Source: Calditrichales bacterium
Lineage (GTDB): Bacteria; Calditrichota; Calditrichia; Calditrichales; J004
Assembly: GCA_965267575.1 (NCBI GenBank)
Contig: OZ254086.1
Span: 3,552,001 to 3,616,000 of the forward strand
Reading direction: 5' to 3'
DNA: 64,000 bases
This document shows, piece by piece, positions 48,554 through 59,062 of the stretch. The notes beneath the pieces are model-generated. The model had not been told where the DNA came from and searched no databases. It was given only the letters and a program-made list of their open reading frames with translations. The translations under genes were made by a program, and so were the position numbers. The stretch's first letter is position 1. The number at the start of each line of letters is the position of its first letter.

Positions 48554-49958
48554 TTTTTCCTATGGTTTGGGGGTATTGGGTTACAAAAACATCGTGCAGC
48601 AGGTTAAGTGCTCGCCGCACATCGTTTATGCTTACTAGCAAGCTGATGTTATTGCCGGTGACGCCAAAGGTATAACCGCCAAGGGCGACTCCCTGCTTTT
48701 CAAGCGTTGAGAAGAGTTGTGCGGAAACATCCACGCGTGTTGTTATGCCGCTTCCGATCAGCGCGATCAGCGCATTGTCCTCTTCAAGGCGCAGGTCACC
48801 CAGCGTGCTGTCTCCGGCCATCAGCAATTCATTGTGCAGATCGTGACGCAGCTCGCGGACGTGTTTTGTGTGTACGGCCAGGCTGAACGAAGCATCCGAA
48901 GAACTCTGGCTGACCATCAGCGGCTGGATGTCCAGACGATTGAGGATGTTGAAAAAGCGCTCGGCCAGGTGCGCGCTAAGCCCCGGCTTACATGCGGTCA
49001 CGCGCAGAACAGTCACATCGTTAATGGCGCTGAGCACCTTTACCGGGCGCTCGCCGGCAGGAGCGTCGTTTTGGATCAGCGTTCCTGCGGCCGGCGGGTA
49101 GCTGCTGTTTTTCATCAAAACGGGAATGGACGCCTTTTCCAGTGGCAGAATGCTTTTAGGGTGTAGGACCTTGGCCCCGAAAAACGCCAGCTCCGCCGCT
49201 TCGCGATAGGAAATCGTACTCAGCAGCCTGGCATTGGACACCAGCGTGGGATCACTGGAAAGCACGCCATCCACATCACTCCAGATTTCAACGCATTCAG
49301 CGCCGAGAGCCGCAGCGAAAATGGTGGCCGAATAATCGGAGCCGTCGCGTCCCAGCGTTGTGACATCGCCGTCTTCCGTGGCGCCAAGAAAACCGGCCAC
49401 CACGGTTACCGTATCCGGCTGCAAATTACCGACGCGTTGGCGCACCCGAGTTTGTGTCTCTTCAAAACGCACCCGGGCGTTACCGAAATGATCATTGGTC
49501 AGGATCAGCTCTTCGGCAGCCGGCGCTTCGGTTTTGATACCGCGGGCGCGCAACGTTCCGGCCACAATCGCCTGGGAAATACGTTCGCCACTGCTTAGAA
49601 TTGTGTCCCGGACACGCGGTGGACATTCGCCCAAAAGCGCCACGCCGGTCAGGCGCCGTTCCAGCAGAAGACGTTGTGCTTCCAGCACAGCAAGGGCCTC
49701 CAGCAAAAAGGCACCTTTCAGCAGGCAGTTGATCACCCCCTTGTGCTCTTCATACAGTTCATTGACAATCCTGCGTGGTGCTTTTTCATCCCGCAGACTT
49801 TGCTCGATAGCGGCCACGAGTCGGTTGGTTACGCCGCCCAGGGCTGAGACGACAACCAGCAGCGGCCTTTGCCGGCAGGCGCGGATTATAATATCCGCCG
49901 CCCGCCCGATGGCTTCAGCCGTGGCCAGCGAGGTGCCGCCAAATTTTAGTACTTTCAT
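48528..49958 (-). CDS. Aspartate kinase (kinase + ACT domains, no homoserine dehydrogenase)
   Basis: KFGGTS, VVVSALGGVT, TLGRDGSDYSA, SDVDG and GAKVLHP motifs. Confidence 0.92.
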   Translation of the reverse strand: MKVLKFGGTSLATAEAIGRAADIIIRACRQRPLLVVVSALGGVTNRLVAAIEQSLRDEKAPRRIVNELYEEHKGVINCLLKGAFLLEALAVLEAQRLLLERRLTGVALLGECPPRVRDTILSSGERISQAIVAGTLRARGIKTEAPAAEELILTNDHFGNARVRFEETQTRVRQRVGNLQPDTVTVVAGFLGATEDGDVTTLGRDGSDYSATIFAAALGAECVEIWSDVDGVLSSDPTLVSNARLLSTISYREAAELAFFGAKVLHPKSILPLEKASIPVLMKNSSYPPAAGTLIQNDAPAGERPVKVLSAINDVTVLRVTACKPGLSAHLAERFFNILNRLDIQPLMVSQSSSDASFSLAVHTKHVRELRHDLHNELLMAGDSTLGDLRLEEDNALIALIGSGITTRVDVSAQLFSTLEKQGVALGGYTFGVTGNNISLLVSINDVRRALNLLHDVFVTQYPQTIGKNESLIQSA

Positions 49959-49964
49959 GAATAA

Positions 49965-51398
<1,434 letters not shown>

Positions 51399-51409
51399 TT
51401 AATTTGGCC

Positions 51410-51450
51410 AAAAAAAATCCTCTCCCGGAAGACCGGAAGAGGATTTCTTT
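51410..51450 (-). terminator. Riboswitch-controlled intrinsic terminator
   Basis: Minus strand AAATCCTCTTCCGG-TCTT-CCGGGAGAGGATTTTTTTT just downstream of the SAM-I aptamer. Confidence 0.85.
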
Positions 51451-51467
51451 ATTTAAAAGATTCTCTT

Positions 51468-51574
51468 CTCTCATCTTCCTTCGGTTTTCACCGGAGCAGG
51501 AATTAGCACCTTGTCTCACCGGACAGGTTGCTAAGGCATCACAGGGCCAGTCCCTCCGCCTTTCTCGATAAGAG
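51468..51574 (-). ncRNA. SAM-I (S-box) riboswitch
   Basis: CTCTTATCGAGA..GGCGGAGGGACTGGCCC..TGATGCC..AGCAACC...AAGGTGCTAATTCC...GAAGATGAGAG matches the S-box consensus upstream of metY. Confidence 0.95.
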
Positions 51575-51627
51575 AGCTATGTTTAGATTTTGTCTGTTAC
51601 TGCGTTATTGTCCTCATTTTCAGATAC

Positions 51628-51660
51628 AAAAAAGCCCTCCAACCGATTGATTGAAGGGCT
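51628..51660 (-). terminator. Attenuator terminator (3:4 hairpin)
   Basis: AGCCCTTCAATCAATCGGTTGGAGGGCTTTTTT on the minus strand. Confidence 0.85.
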
Positions 51661-51689
51661 ACACTTTTTATGACGATCTGTATCGTGCG

Positions 51690-51770
51690 TTACAACCCTC
51701 CAACCGGAGACATACACTCCATACACATCATCATGCAGCAGATATTTTGTGAAGGGCTGAAACGTGTCAT
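51690..51770 (-). CDS. Cys/Met-rich leader peptide MTRFSPSQNICCMMMCMECMSPVGGL
   Basis: 26 codons, with 9 of 10 consecutive codons Cys or Met; followed by a terminator with alternative pairing into the ORF. Confidence 0.85.
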   Translation of the reverse strand: MTRFSPSQNICCMMMCMECMSPVGGL

Positions 51771-51914
51771 TTTGTAATTCCGGTTAAAGGCTGTTTGTTT
51801 GTTCGCGTTCATAATAGGGCATTATTTTATTTTTGTCAATAGCCTTTTCTTACAAAAAGAGAATTTGATGGAAATTTCTTAAAAAAGTAAGGATTTTGAC
51901 ACGAAAGCTTGCTA

Positions 51915-52430
51915 TTAGTTAGTAAGAGCGAATTTAAACGTCCCGCTGGTAACAACAGCTTCATTTCCGTTTGGAGCACCGGTATCCGCGTTAATTCCGA
52001 TAGCCGTGAACTCAAACGTGCCTTCAACCTGTGTGTCGGAAATAGTGTCGATCGTAATGCTGCCGCTACCTTCTATATCGTTTACAACAAAATACTCAGA
52101 TTCATCGATGGTGCTGTATTGGGCTTCATCCAAATCAAATGTGCCCACAGCCGGGTCAGTCAGGACGAGCGTTATGGAGCTTGGCGGATTGGCCGTTGAA
52201 AAAATGCCGACGATCGATAGCTCTGAATCAAAAAGCAATGCCGATCCAAGATCCGTGCAAATGGTCTGGGAATTTACTTTTGCGCTCATCAGATTGCCGG
52301 TTCTGCTTTCACATGGTGCGCTGTTGGACGGGCCTGAAGAAGAAGAATCTTCTGAGCTGCACGAGAGCACGGCAAAAAAGCAAAAGAAAATAGCAGCAAG
52401 TATACGGGGAAATGTGGTAAATAAATTCAT
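51915..52430 (-). CDS. Hypothetical lipoprotein (beta-rich)
   Basis: Lipobox VLSC, Ser-rich linker, MSAKVN...GTFEFTA...VTSGTF; GGAGG RBS. Confidence 0.75.
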   Translation of the reverse strand: MNLFTTFPRILAAIFFCFFAVLSCSSEDSSSSGPSNSAPCESRTGNLMSAKVNSQTICTDLGSALLFDSELSIVGIFSTANPPSSITLVLTDPAVGTFDLDEAQYSTIDESEYFVVNDIEGSGSITIDTISDTQVEGTFEFTAIGINADTGAPNGNEAVVTSGTFKFALTN

Positions 52431-52653
52431 GCGGGCCTCCTCGAGGTGGGTTGTAAGTTTGCCCAAAATTCGGGCATGTCTAAATGCAAAACGCAGATAA
52501 AAACGCGTGACACGCGCTTGAGATTTGGATGTTAGAAAAAAAGTATAATAGTAATGAGAGTAATACAGGTCAAATTTGGCTGGTTTGCTATCCCGTTTTT
52601 ACTGACGCGGATACTTTTTTATATTGGGCTCGTTCAGAGCAACAGGTTTTATT

Positions 52654-53520
52654 ATGTTCGAATCCATCCTTGGCTTTTTTGAGAGTATACCGCCGGTTTA
52701 CCGCACCATCATGCTGGTGACGGGCCTGGTGCTGCTGTGGGCGCTGGAAGGGGCGCTGCCGCTGTTTTCCTTTCGCTACAATAAATTTAAACATGCCTTG
52801 CCCAATCTGTTTTTTACCTTAACGACGGCCGTTGTAAATTTTTCGCTGGCCTGGCTTTTGGTAAGCAGCGCGCGTTTTACTTCAGCGGAGCAATTTGGCC
52901 TGCTTTACCTGGTTGATCTTCCGCTGTGGCTGCATGTCATACTGGGCGTTATGCTGCTGGATTTCGTCGGCGCCTGGCTGATCCACTGGATCGAGCACAA
53001 GGTGCGCTGGATGTGGAAATTTCATGTTATCCATCACAGTGATGTTAATGTGGACGTCACCACGGCATTGCGTCACCATCCGGGCGAAAGTTTTTTCCGT
53101 GCCACGTTCACAATCCTTGGTGTGTTGATTGCCGGCGTGCCGATTGGCGTTGTTTTCCTTTACCAGTCACTTTCCGCTTTGTTTGCGCAGCTTACGCACG
53201 CCAACATCAGCCTGCCGCCAAGAATAGACGCTCTTTTGTCCTGGGTGATTGTTAGTCCCAACATGCATAAAGTGCACCATCACTATAAGCAACCGCTTAC
53301 CGACAGCAATTACGGCAACATTTTTGCTATTTGGGACAGGCTGTTTGGTACATTCCGGAAGGTTGACAATTCGCGCACACTTACCTATGGCATAGATACG
53401 CATATGAATGAGAAAGAACACAGCCGCCTGCGAAACCTTCTGGCCATTCCATTTCAACCATATCGTAAACCGGGTGGTGACATTGAAGATACCAATTTTG
53501 ATAACAGGAGAAACAGATGA
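52654..53520 (+). CDS. Sterol desaturase/fatty acid hydroxylase family protein
   Basis: His boxes HWIEH, HVIHHSD, RHHP, HAN and HKVHH, plus NYG..F..WDRLFGT. Confidence 0.92.
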   Translation: MFESILGFFESIPPVYRTIMLVTGLVLLWALEGALPLFSFRYNKFKHALPNLFFTLTTAVVNFSLAWLLVSSARFTSAEQFGLLYLVDLPLWLHVILGVMLLDFVGAWLIHWIEHKVRWMWKFHVIHHSDVNVDVTTALRHHPGESFFRATFTILGVLIAGVPIGVVFLYQSLSALFAQLTHANISLPPRIDALLSWVIVSPNMHKVHHHYKQPLTDSNYGNIFAIWDRLFGTFRKVDNSRTLTYGIDTHMNEKEHSRLRNLLAIPFQPYRKPGGDIEDTNFDNRRNR

Positions 53521-53879
53521 ATCTGGGACAATTTTCAATCAGCCTGGCGGTAAAGGACATCAAAGCATCACGCGCGTTTTACGAAAAGCTGGGCTTTGAA
53601 GCATATGACGACCACGAAGACGAGAACTGGCTGATCCTGCACAATGGGGACACATTTATCGGGTTGTTCCAGGGTATGTTTGAGGGCAACGTACTTACAT
53701 TCCAGACGCCGAATGTGCGTGATGTACAAAGGCAAGTAAAGGCAGCTGGCATAAAGCCTGTGGCCGTGGCGGATGAAGCGGGCAGCGGACCGGCCCATAT
53801 GATGTTACAGGATCCTGACGGTAACACCCTGCTTATGGATCAACACGATCCAAAATACAAACCCACCAGCGCGAAATAG
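53517..53879 (+). CDS. VOC/glyoxalase family protein
   Basis: SLAVKDIKASRAFYEKLGF and DPDGN motifs. Confidence 0.9.
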   Translation: MNLGQFSISLAVKDIKASRAFYEKLGFEAYDDHEDENWLILHNGDTFIGLFQGMFEGNVLTFQTPNVRDVQRQVKAAGIKPVAVADEAGSGPAHMMLQDPDGNTLLMDQHDPKYKPTSAK

Positions 53880-53974
53880 CAGGGAAAACAATCGCAAAAA
53901 AAACGGAAATTTTATTTATTCATGGCGTTTAGTTTATGTAAATTTTATTCCCCGCCTGTAACAGCGGAGGCTAT

Positions 53975-54691
53975 ATGAAAGCTTTTTGTTCCCTTCTTGT
54001 GTTGCTGCTTGCAGCTACAATCTCCCGCGCTGAAACCATATCCGCAGAAGTAAAAGACGATTCCGTCATTATTCATAATAGCGAAGCCTACGAACACTGC
54101 GGCTTCTCCGTTGTTTTTGACGTGGTTGTTAACGATGATGTTATAACTATTGTTGAACGTGATACGATGCTGGATTTTACAACCTGCTATTGCTATTTCG
54201 ATTTTGCCCTGACCCTTACCGGACTTGAAACCGGCAGTTATACGGTAAAAGTGTATCGCAAATGGAGCGCTTCTTTCATGCCGGACACGTTGGTTTACAT
54301 AGGCAGCACGGAGTTTAGCTTTGAGCCGCAAAACGCTTTGGCCTATTCCGAAACGGGCTACCGCAGCGGCTGTTACACAATCGATGATCTGGAAGAGCGT
54401 GAACAAACCATCCGGCATTTTGACCTGCTGCCCAATTATCCTAATCCGTTTAATCCGCAAACGGTGATTCCTTTCAACCTACCGCAGGCCGGACCCGTGA
54501 ATGTAGCTGTTTACGATGTGAGCGGCAGGCTGGTACGTACGCTGCTAAATGACGCGCTTTCGGCGGGCAGCCACCATCTGCTCTGGAACGGGGTGAATGA
54601 TGGAGGAAAAGCCATGCCGGCGGGCATTTATTTTGTGCGGCTTACGCAGCAGGGACATTCACTTACGCGCAAGATGGTTTTGTTGCCATAA
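53975..54691 (+). CDS. Secreted protein with C-terminal FlgD-Ig/T9SS-like sorting domain
   Basis: Signal peptide, CYC motif, NYPNPFNP...VYDVSGRLVRTL...WNG...GIYF...KMVLL. Confidence 0.85.
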   Translation: MKAFCSLLVLLLAATISRAETISAEVKDDSVIIHNSEAYEHCGFSVVFDVVVNDDVITIVERDTMLDFTTCYCYFDFALTLTGLETGSYTVKVYRKWSASFMPDTLVYIGSTEFSFEPQNALAYSETGYRSGCYTIDDLEEREQTIRHFDLLPNYPNPFNPQTVIPFNLPQAGPVNVAVYDVSGRLVRTLLNDALSAGSHHLLWNGVNDGGKAMPAGIYFVRLTQQGHSLTRKMVLLP

Positions 54692-54802
54692 GCGCTTATT
54701 GATATAGCCTGAGACGCTGCCGTGCGTCTCTATATATGGCATTTGGATTTGAGTCTGGGGGTTGCCTATTTTTGTGCAATTCAAAATAACGGAGAAAAAT
54801 CC

Positions 54803-55069
54803 ATGTGCCGTAATATCCGAACGCTTTATAATTTTGAGCCACCCGCCACTGAAAAAGAAATCCGCGCTTCCTCGTTACAGTATGTGCGGAAGATATCCGG
54901 CTTTACCAAACCCTCCCAGGCAAACCAGGAAATATTTGACCGCGCCGTTGAAGAAATCGCCGAAGTAACACGCCGCCTTCTGGATTGCCTTGTGACCAAC
55001 GCCCCGCCCAAAAATCGGGAAGAAGAAGCTGCCAAAGCACGTGCCCGTGCCGCAAAACGTTTTGCCTGA
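54803..55069 (+). CDS. DUF2277 family protein
   Basis: MCRNIRTLYNFEPPAT..EI.A.SLQYVRKISGF. Confidence 0.88.
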   Translation: MCRNIRTLYNFEPPATEKEIRASSLQYVRKISGFTKPSQANQEIFDRAVEEIAEVTRRLLDCLVTNAPPKNREEEAAKARARAAKRFA

Positions 55070-55135
55070 TAACGTTTTAGGTTTGTTAATCTTTTGTGAA
55101 TCCTGAAAGGTAAACTTGTGCCAAAAGGAGGCTTA

Positions 55136-55798
55136 ATGAAAAAGAACTTGCTTTTTGTTGTCTTATTGTGTGTTGTTACAATTCTCCCTGCGCAGGAAAA
55201 GGATGCGTGGCTGCTTGAAGGCGGGATTACCTTTAACCACTTTCAGCAACAGGTGAAAGCAGAGGTGGGCGATCCCCGCGGCGAGCGGTTGATTAACATT
55301 TTCGAATTAGGCGCGCATGCTGCGGCCACGTGGAAGTGGAAGGACTATTTGGCTTTTGGTCTGTTTATGCGCATTGATCGCGGGCAGCGAAATATGGCAA
55401 GTTTTGCCGGTTTCGACGACGAGGGCAAAACCACGGTAACAAATGAAATTGGCGGCACCTACTGGGAATTCTGGGCCGGACCGCTGGTCCAGGCATTCTG
55501 GCGACAATTTTCACTGGAGCTTGGCTACGGGCTTATCGGGTTGCGTAAGGATCTGGGTAGGGGCGACATTCCCAATCAGAGCGGTGAAACGGGCGGTGTT
55601 TTTTCGCTTAATCCACAGGTAGCCTGGCTCGTCAATCTGGGTGGATACATCCCGATTAACAAACAGTGGGATGTGGCGTTAAAGCTGGAATACCGCGGCC
55701 GTTACTACCTGGAGCGCGGCGGTGAAAAACTGATCAATAACATTGATCATGGCACGCAGAGCGTGGTGCCCGTTTTAGGCGTGCGCTACAAACTTTGA
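55136..55798 (+). CDS. Putative outer-membrane beta-barrel protein
   Basis: Signal peptide, amphipathic strands, terminal GVRYKL; AGGAGG RBS. Confidence 0.7.
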   Translation: MKKNLLFVVLLCVVTILPAQEKDAWLLEGGITFNHFQQQVKAEVGDPRGERLINIFELGAHAAATWKWKDYLAFGLFMRIDRGQRNMASFAGFDDEGKTTVTNEIGGTYWEFWAGPLVQAFWRQFSLELGYGLIGLRKDLGRGDIPNQSGETGGVFSLNPQVAWLVNLGGYIPINKQWDVALKLEYRGRYYLERGGEKLINNIDHGTQSVVPVLGVRYKL

Positions 55799-55890
55799 GC
55801 GGAGGCATTTTGCTTTTCGCGGGGTGTGTTAGTATGATTGCGAAATAAAATGGTTTATTTTATTCAAAGTTACCTTCCCTGGAGGTCGTC

Positions 55891-56931
55891 ATGTACCCCG
55901 CAAAATTTCTCCTCTTTTTATTACCTGTATTAGCTTTATCGCAGAGCATTTCATCCAAAACAGCTCTGCTGTTTAACGGCGCGTCGGACTGGGTGCGTAT
56001 TGAAGACCATGCCAGCCTTAACCCGCAAGATCAAATCACGCTTGAAGCATGGGTTTTTTCGGAACAGTTTGACCGCAGCTCGTGGCAGGAATTCATAATG
56101 AAGGGCGGTAACAATCCCGGCGGCGGAGAACCCCGGCAATATTACTTGCGTCCGCGCAAAGACAACGGCCAGCTGGAATTTAAGATTCATGACCTGAACG
56201 ATGACGACAAAGGCGAGAGTTCCGATTCCTCTCTGACCAATAGCCAATGGCATCATGTGGCTGCAACGTATGATGGAGCTGTAATACGGCTGTATATTAA
56301 CGGGCAGCATGCCGATTCTGACAGTGAATCCGTTACTATCCAGGTCAGTGATCAGCCGCTTGCATTTGGCCGTCTGGGCAGTGTGGGAGCCGAATATTTT
56401 TCGGGCATTATGGATGAAATCCGTATTTGGAACGTAGCCCGTAGCGGAGAGGCTCTGCGTCGAACCATGAAAGACACGCTGGGCCCCGACTACTATCGCA
56501 GCGCCGACAGCGGACTGGTGGGCTACTGGCGTTTTGATGAAGCGGGTGGCGACAGTACGTATGACTTGTCTGTTTACGGAAACCATGGCCAGGTTATCGG
56601 GGCAAGTTTTGTGGAATCCGGTGCTTTTACATCTTTAGAAGATCATCCCTCGATTATATTGCAACCCAGGCTTATAACTCTGCTGGGTAATTATCCTAAT
56701 CCATTTAACCCAAAGACGACCATCCGCTATAGCCTTGGCCAAAGGGCCGAATTATTTTTTGAAGTTTTTGATATCAAAGGCAGAACAATCGAAAAACGCA
56801 GCCTTGGGCTTCAGAGGGCAGGCGACCATTCGTTAAGCTACGACGCAGGTATATTGACAAGCGGTGTGTATTACTACCGTCTGCGCGGACAAGCTGAGTC
56901 AGCGTCGGGGCGTATGTTGCTGATCAAGTAA
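55891..56931 (+). CDS. LamG-like jellyroll protein with C-terminal T9SS-like sorting domain
   Basis: ITLEAWV, WHHVAATYDG..IRLYING, MDEIRIWN, LVGYWRFDE and NYPNPFNP motifs. Confidence 0.9.
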   Translation: MYPAKFLLFLLPVLALSQSISSKTALLFNGASDWVRIEDHASLNPQDQITLEAWVFSEQFDRSSWQEFIMKGGNNPGGGEPRQYYLRPRKDNGQLEFKIHDLNDDDKGESSDSSLTNSQWHHVAATYDGAVIRLYINGQHADSDSESVTIQVSDQPLAFGRLGSVGAEYFSGIMDEIRIWNVARSGEALRRTMKDTLGPDYYRSADSGLVGYWRFDEAGGDSTYDLSVYGNHGQVIGASFVESGAFTSLEDHPSIILQPRLITLLGNYPNPFNPKTTIRYSLGQRAELFFEVFDIKGRTIEKRSLGLQRAGDHSLSYDAGILTSGVYYYRLRGQAESASGRMLLIK

Positions 56932-56965
56932 ATATTAATGATTGCGAAGTTTAAGAAAAGGTTAT

Positions 56966-57007
56966 AAAAAAAGGCCGGCAGGCAATGCTTCCGGCCTTTG
57001 TTTTTTT
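56966..57007. terminator. Bidirectional intrinsic terminator
   Basis: AAAAAAAGGCCGG...CCGGCCTTTGTTTTTT between convergent genes. Confidence 0.8.
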
Positions 57008-58991
57008 AGCGCAGGTGAACAAAAGGTGTCGGTTTATGCTCTCCCTGGATGAATTGGTTATGCATGATATGAAGACCCAGGATATGATTCATCAGCGCAT
57101 CTTTCCGAACCAGTGAGACCGTTTCCTTATCTTTTTTGTATTCTTCCACAAACTTTTTCAGGCGTTTCGGATCAAATAAACCAACCGTTCGGATCTGTTC
57201 TTCATTTAGGAACGTATCGATCAGTTTGTCGAGTGCGTGGCGCTTTTTCTCTTCGGTATGTCCGGGCGGGGCCATAAAGGCGAACTTTTCGCGTTTGTAG
57301 AGCGTCTCCGGCAATATATTGCGCATAGCCTCACGCAGCACCCACTTTTCGGTGTTGCCGCGGATACGGAAAATCGGTGGAATATTGCGCGCAGTCTCTG
57401 CCACATGGTGATCGAGAAAAGCAGGACGCGATTCCATGGAGTTAGCCATGTCCACGCGGTCGCCGCCCCAATTAAGAATCTGGCATTCCAACATCGTCTT
57501 AATCCACGTATATTGGGTCATGTCCAGGACATCGCGGTCTTTTACCTGGTTGGGATCAAGGGAATCGGCGATGGCGGCCACCGGGTCGTAGCCTTCAATT
57601 TCATTAAGGATATTATCACTTAACAGTGGTTTGGCCAAACGCAGCGTAAGGATCCAGGGTTGTATCCATGAAGGCGTAAAACCGCACAAGTCTTCAAAAG
57701 CCTCATGCGTCACATCTTCCTCGGCCAGGATAGCGCCGGTGAAAACAGCGTTGGATGCTTCCATTTGTGCGAGAAATTCTTCTTTCTCGTTTTCCGGCAA
57801 ATCATCCAGACCGTGGCGCAGAAAATCGCGCTTGAAAAAAGGATAACCGCCAAAAAGCTCATCGGAACCCTCACCGGTTACCACCACTTTATAACCGGAT
57901 TCGTGCACGCGTTTGCTCATGCACCACTTTGCCACACCAAGCGTGTTATAAAATGTTCGTTCGGCATGCCACATGGTGGTGATATAGTTATCACCATATA
58001 GCTCGTCCGCGGCCAGATTCAGTACTTCCTGATCGGCACTGACCATTTCTGCCATCTCTTTGGCAATATGCGATTCATCGTAGGCTTTATGGTCAAAGCT
58101 TATTGTAAACGCCTTTACCGGTGATTGCTGCGAGCTGGAAGCCAGTCCCAGCATGGAGCAGCTGTCAATCCCGCCGGAGAGGTAACAACCCACGGGAACG
58201 TCCGCTTCCAGACGGTGCTGAACGGATTCAAGCAGCTTATCCTGCACCTGGTCTATGTAATAGTCAGCCGGTCTATGGTCTTTGTGCGCGCCCTTAAGCG
58301 GGAAGTTCATATCCCAATAGCGGTTTTCGTGTATATCAAAACGATCGCCTTTTTCTCGCACGATGAGCATATGTCCGGGCTTTACGGCATAAATGTCTTC
58401 AAAAGCGGTGGTGCCCGGCACCATGGTGTGCATAAGCTGGTTCAGCGTTGCTTTGGCGCTCATCTTCTTAGGTACCTGCGGGTGGGCCAGAATCGCCTTG
58501 ATCTCGGAGCCGTAATAAAGCTCGCTGCCGTTAAAGTGAAAATAGATCGGCTTGATACCGAAGCGATCGCGCACAAGAATAAGCTGGCGCTTTTCGGCAT
58601 CATACAGAGTAAAAGCAAATTCTCCGCGCAGATGGTTTACGAAATCGAGCCCGTGTTTGCGGTACAGGTGAAGAGCGATCTCGCTGTCCGATTTTGTGAC
58701 AAACCGAAAACCTTCCATTGTCAGGTTACTGCGGATCCGCTTGTAGTCATAAAACTCGCCGTTTACGGTCAGCACCTGCTTTTTGTCCTGGCTGTACAAG
58801 GGCTGGTTGCCCGTCTCCAGGTCAATAATCGACAGGCGGGCGTGACCCATGGCCAATCCCTTTTCCTTGTCGATGTGCGCGCCGGTGCCATCCGGTCCGC
58901 GGTGCGAAATGGACAACAGCATGTTGTCTACAATTTTTTCCGGCTCTTGTGTAAAGCCTTTTGGTTGCCAGTATCCGGCAATACCACACAT
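57006..58991 (-). CDS. asnB: Asparagine synthase (glutamine-hydrolysing) family amidotransferase
   Basis: MCGIAG Ntn start, HRGPDG, RLSIIDL, RDRFGIKP, LSGGIDS and GEGSDELFGGY motifs; GGAGG RBS. Confidence 0.92.
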   Translation of the reverse strand: MCGIAGYWQPKGFTQEPEKIVDNMLLSISHRGPDGTGAHIDKEKGLAMGHARLSIIDLETGNQPLYSQDKKQVLTVNGEFYDYKRIRSNLTMEGFRFVTKSDSEIALHLYRKHGLDFVNHLRGEFAFTLYDAEKRQLILVRDRFGIKPIYFHFNGSELYYGSEIKAILAHPQVPKKMSAKATLNQLMHTMVPGTTAFEDIYAVKPGHMLIVREKGDRFDIHENRYWDMNFPLKGAHKDHRPADYYIDQVQDKLLESVQHRLEADVPVGCYLSGGIDSCSMLGLASSSQQSPVKAFTISFDHKAYDESHIAKEMAEMVSADQEVLNLAADELYGDNYITTMWHAERTFYNTLGVAKWCMSKRVHESGYKVVVTGEGSDELFGGYPFFKRDFLRHGLDDLPENEKEEFLAQMEASNAVFTGAILAEEDVTHEAFEDLCGFTPSWIQPWILTLRLAKPLLSDNILNEIEGYDPVAAIADSLDPNQVKDRDVLDMTQYTWIKTMLECQILNWGGDRVDMANSMESRPAFLDHHVAETARNIPPIFRIRGNTEKWVLREAMRNILPETLYKREKFAFMAPPGHTEEKKRHALDKLIDTFLNEEQIRTVGLFDPKRLKKFVEEYKKDKETVSLVRKDALMNHILGLHIMHNQFIQGEHKPTPFVHLR

Positions 58992-59062
58992 AGATAATTC
59001 CTCCAAAAAAGAGACCGGTCTGTGAAAACAGAACCGGTCCTGTTTTTAATTTTTGTATTCGG

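Noticed and set aside
58125..58997. 290-aa plus-strand ORF
   Set aside because: Antisense shadow of the asnB-like gene.
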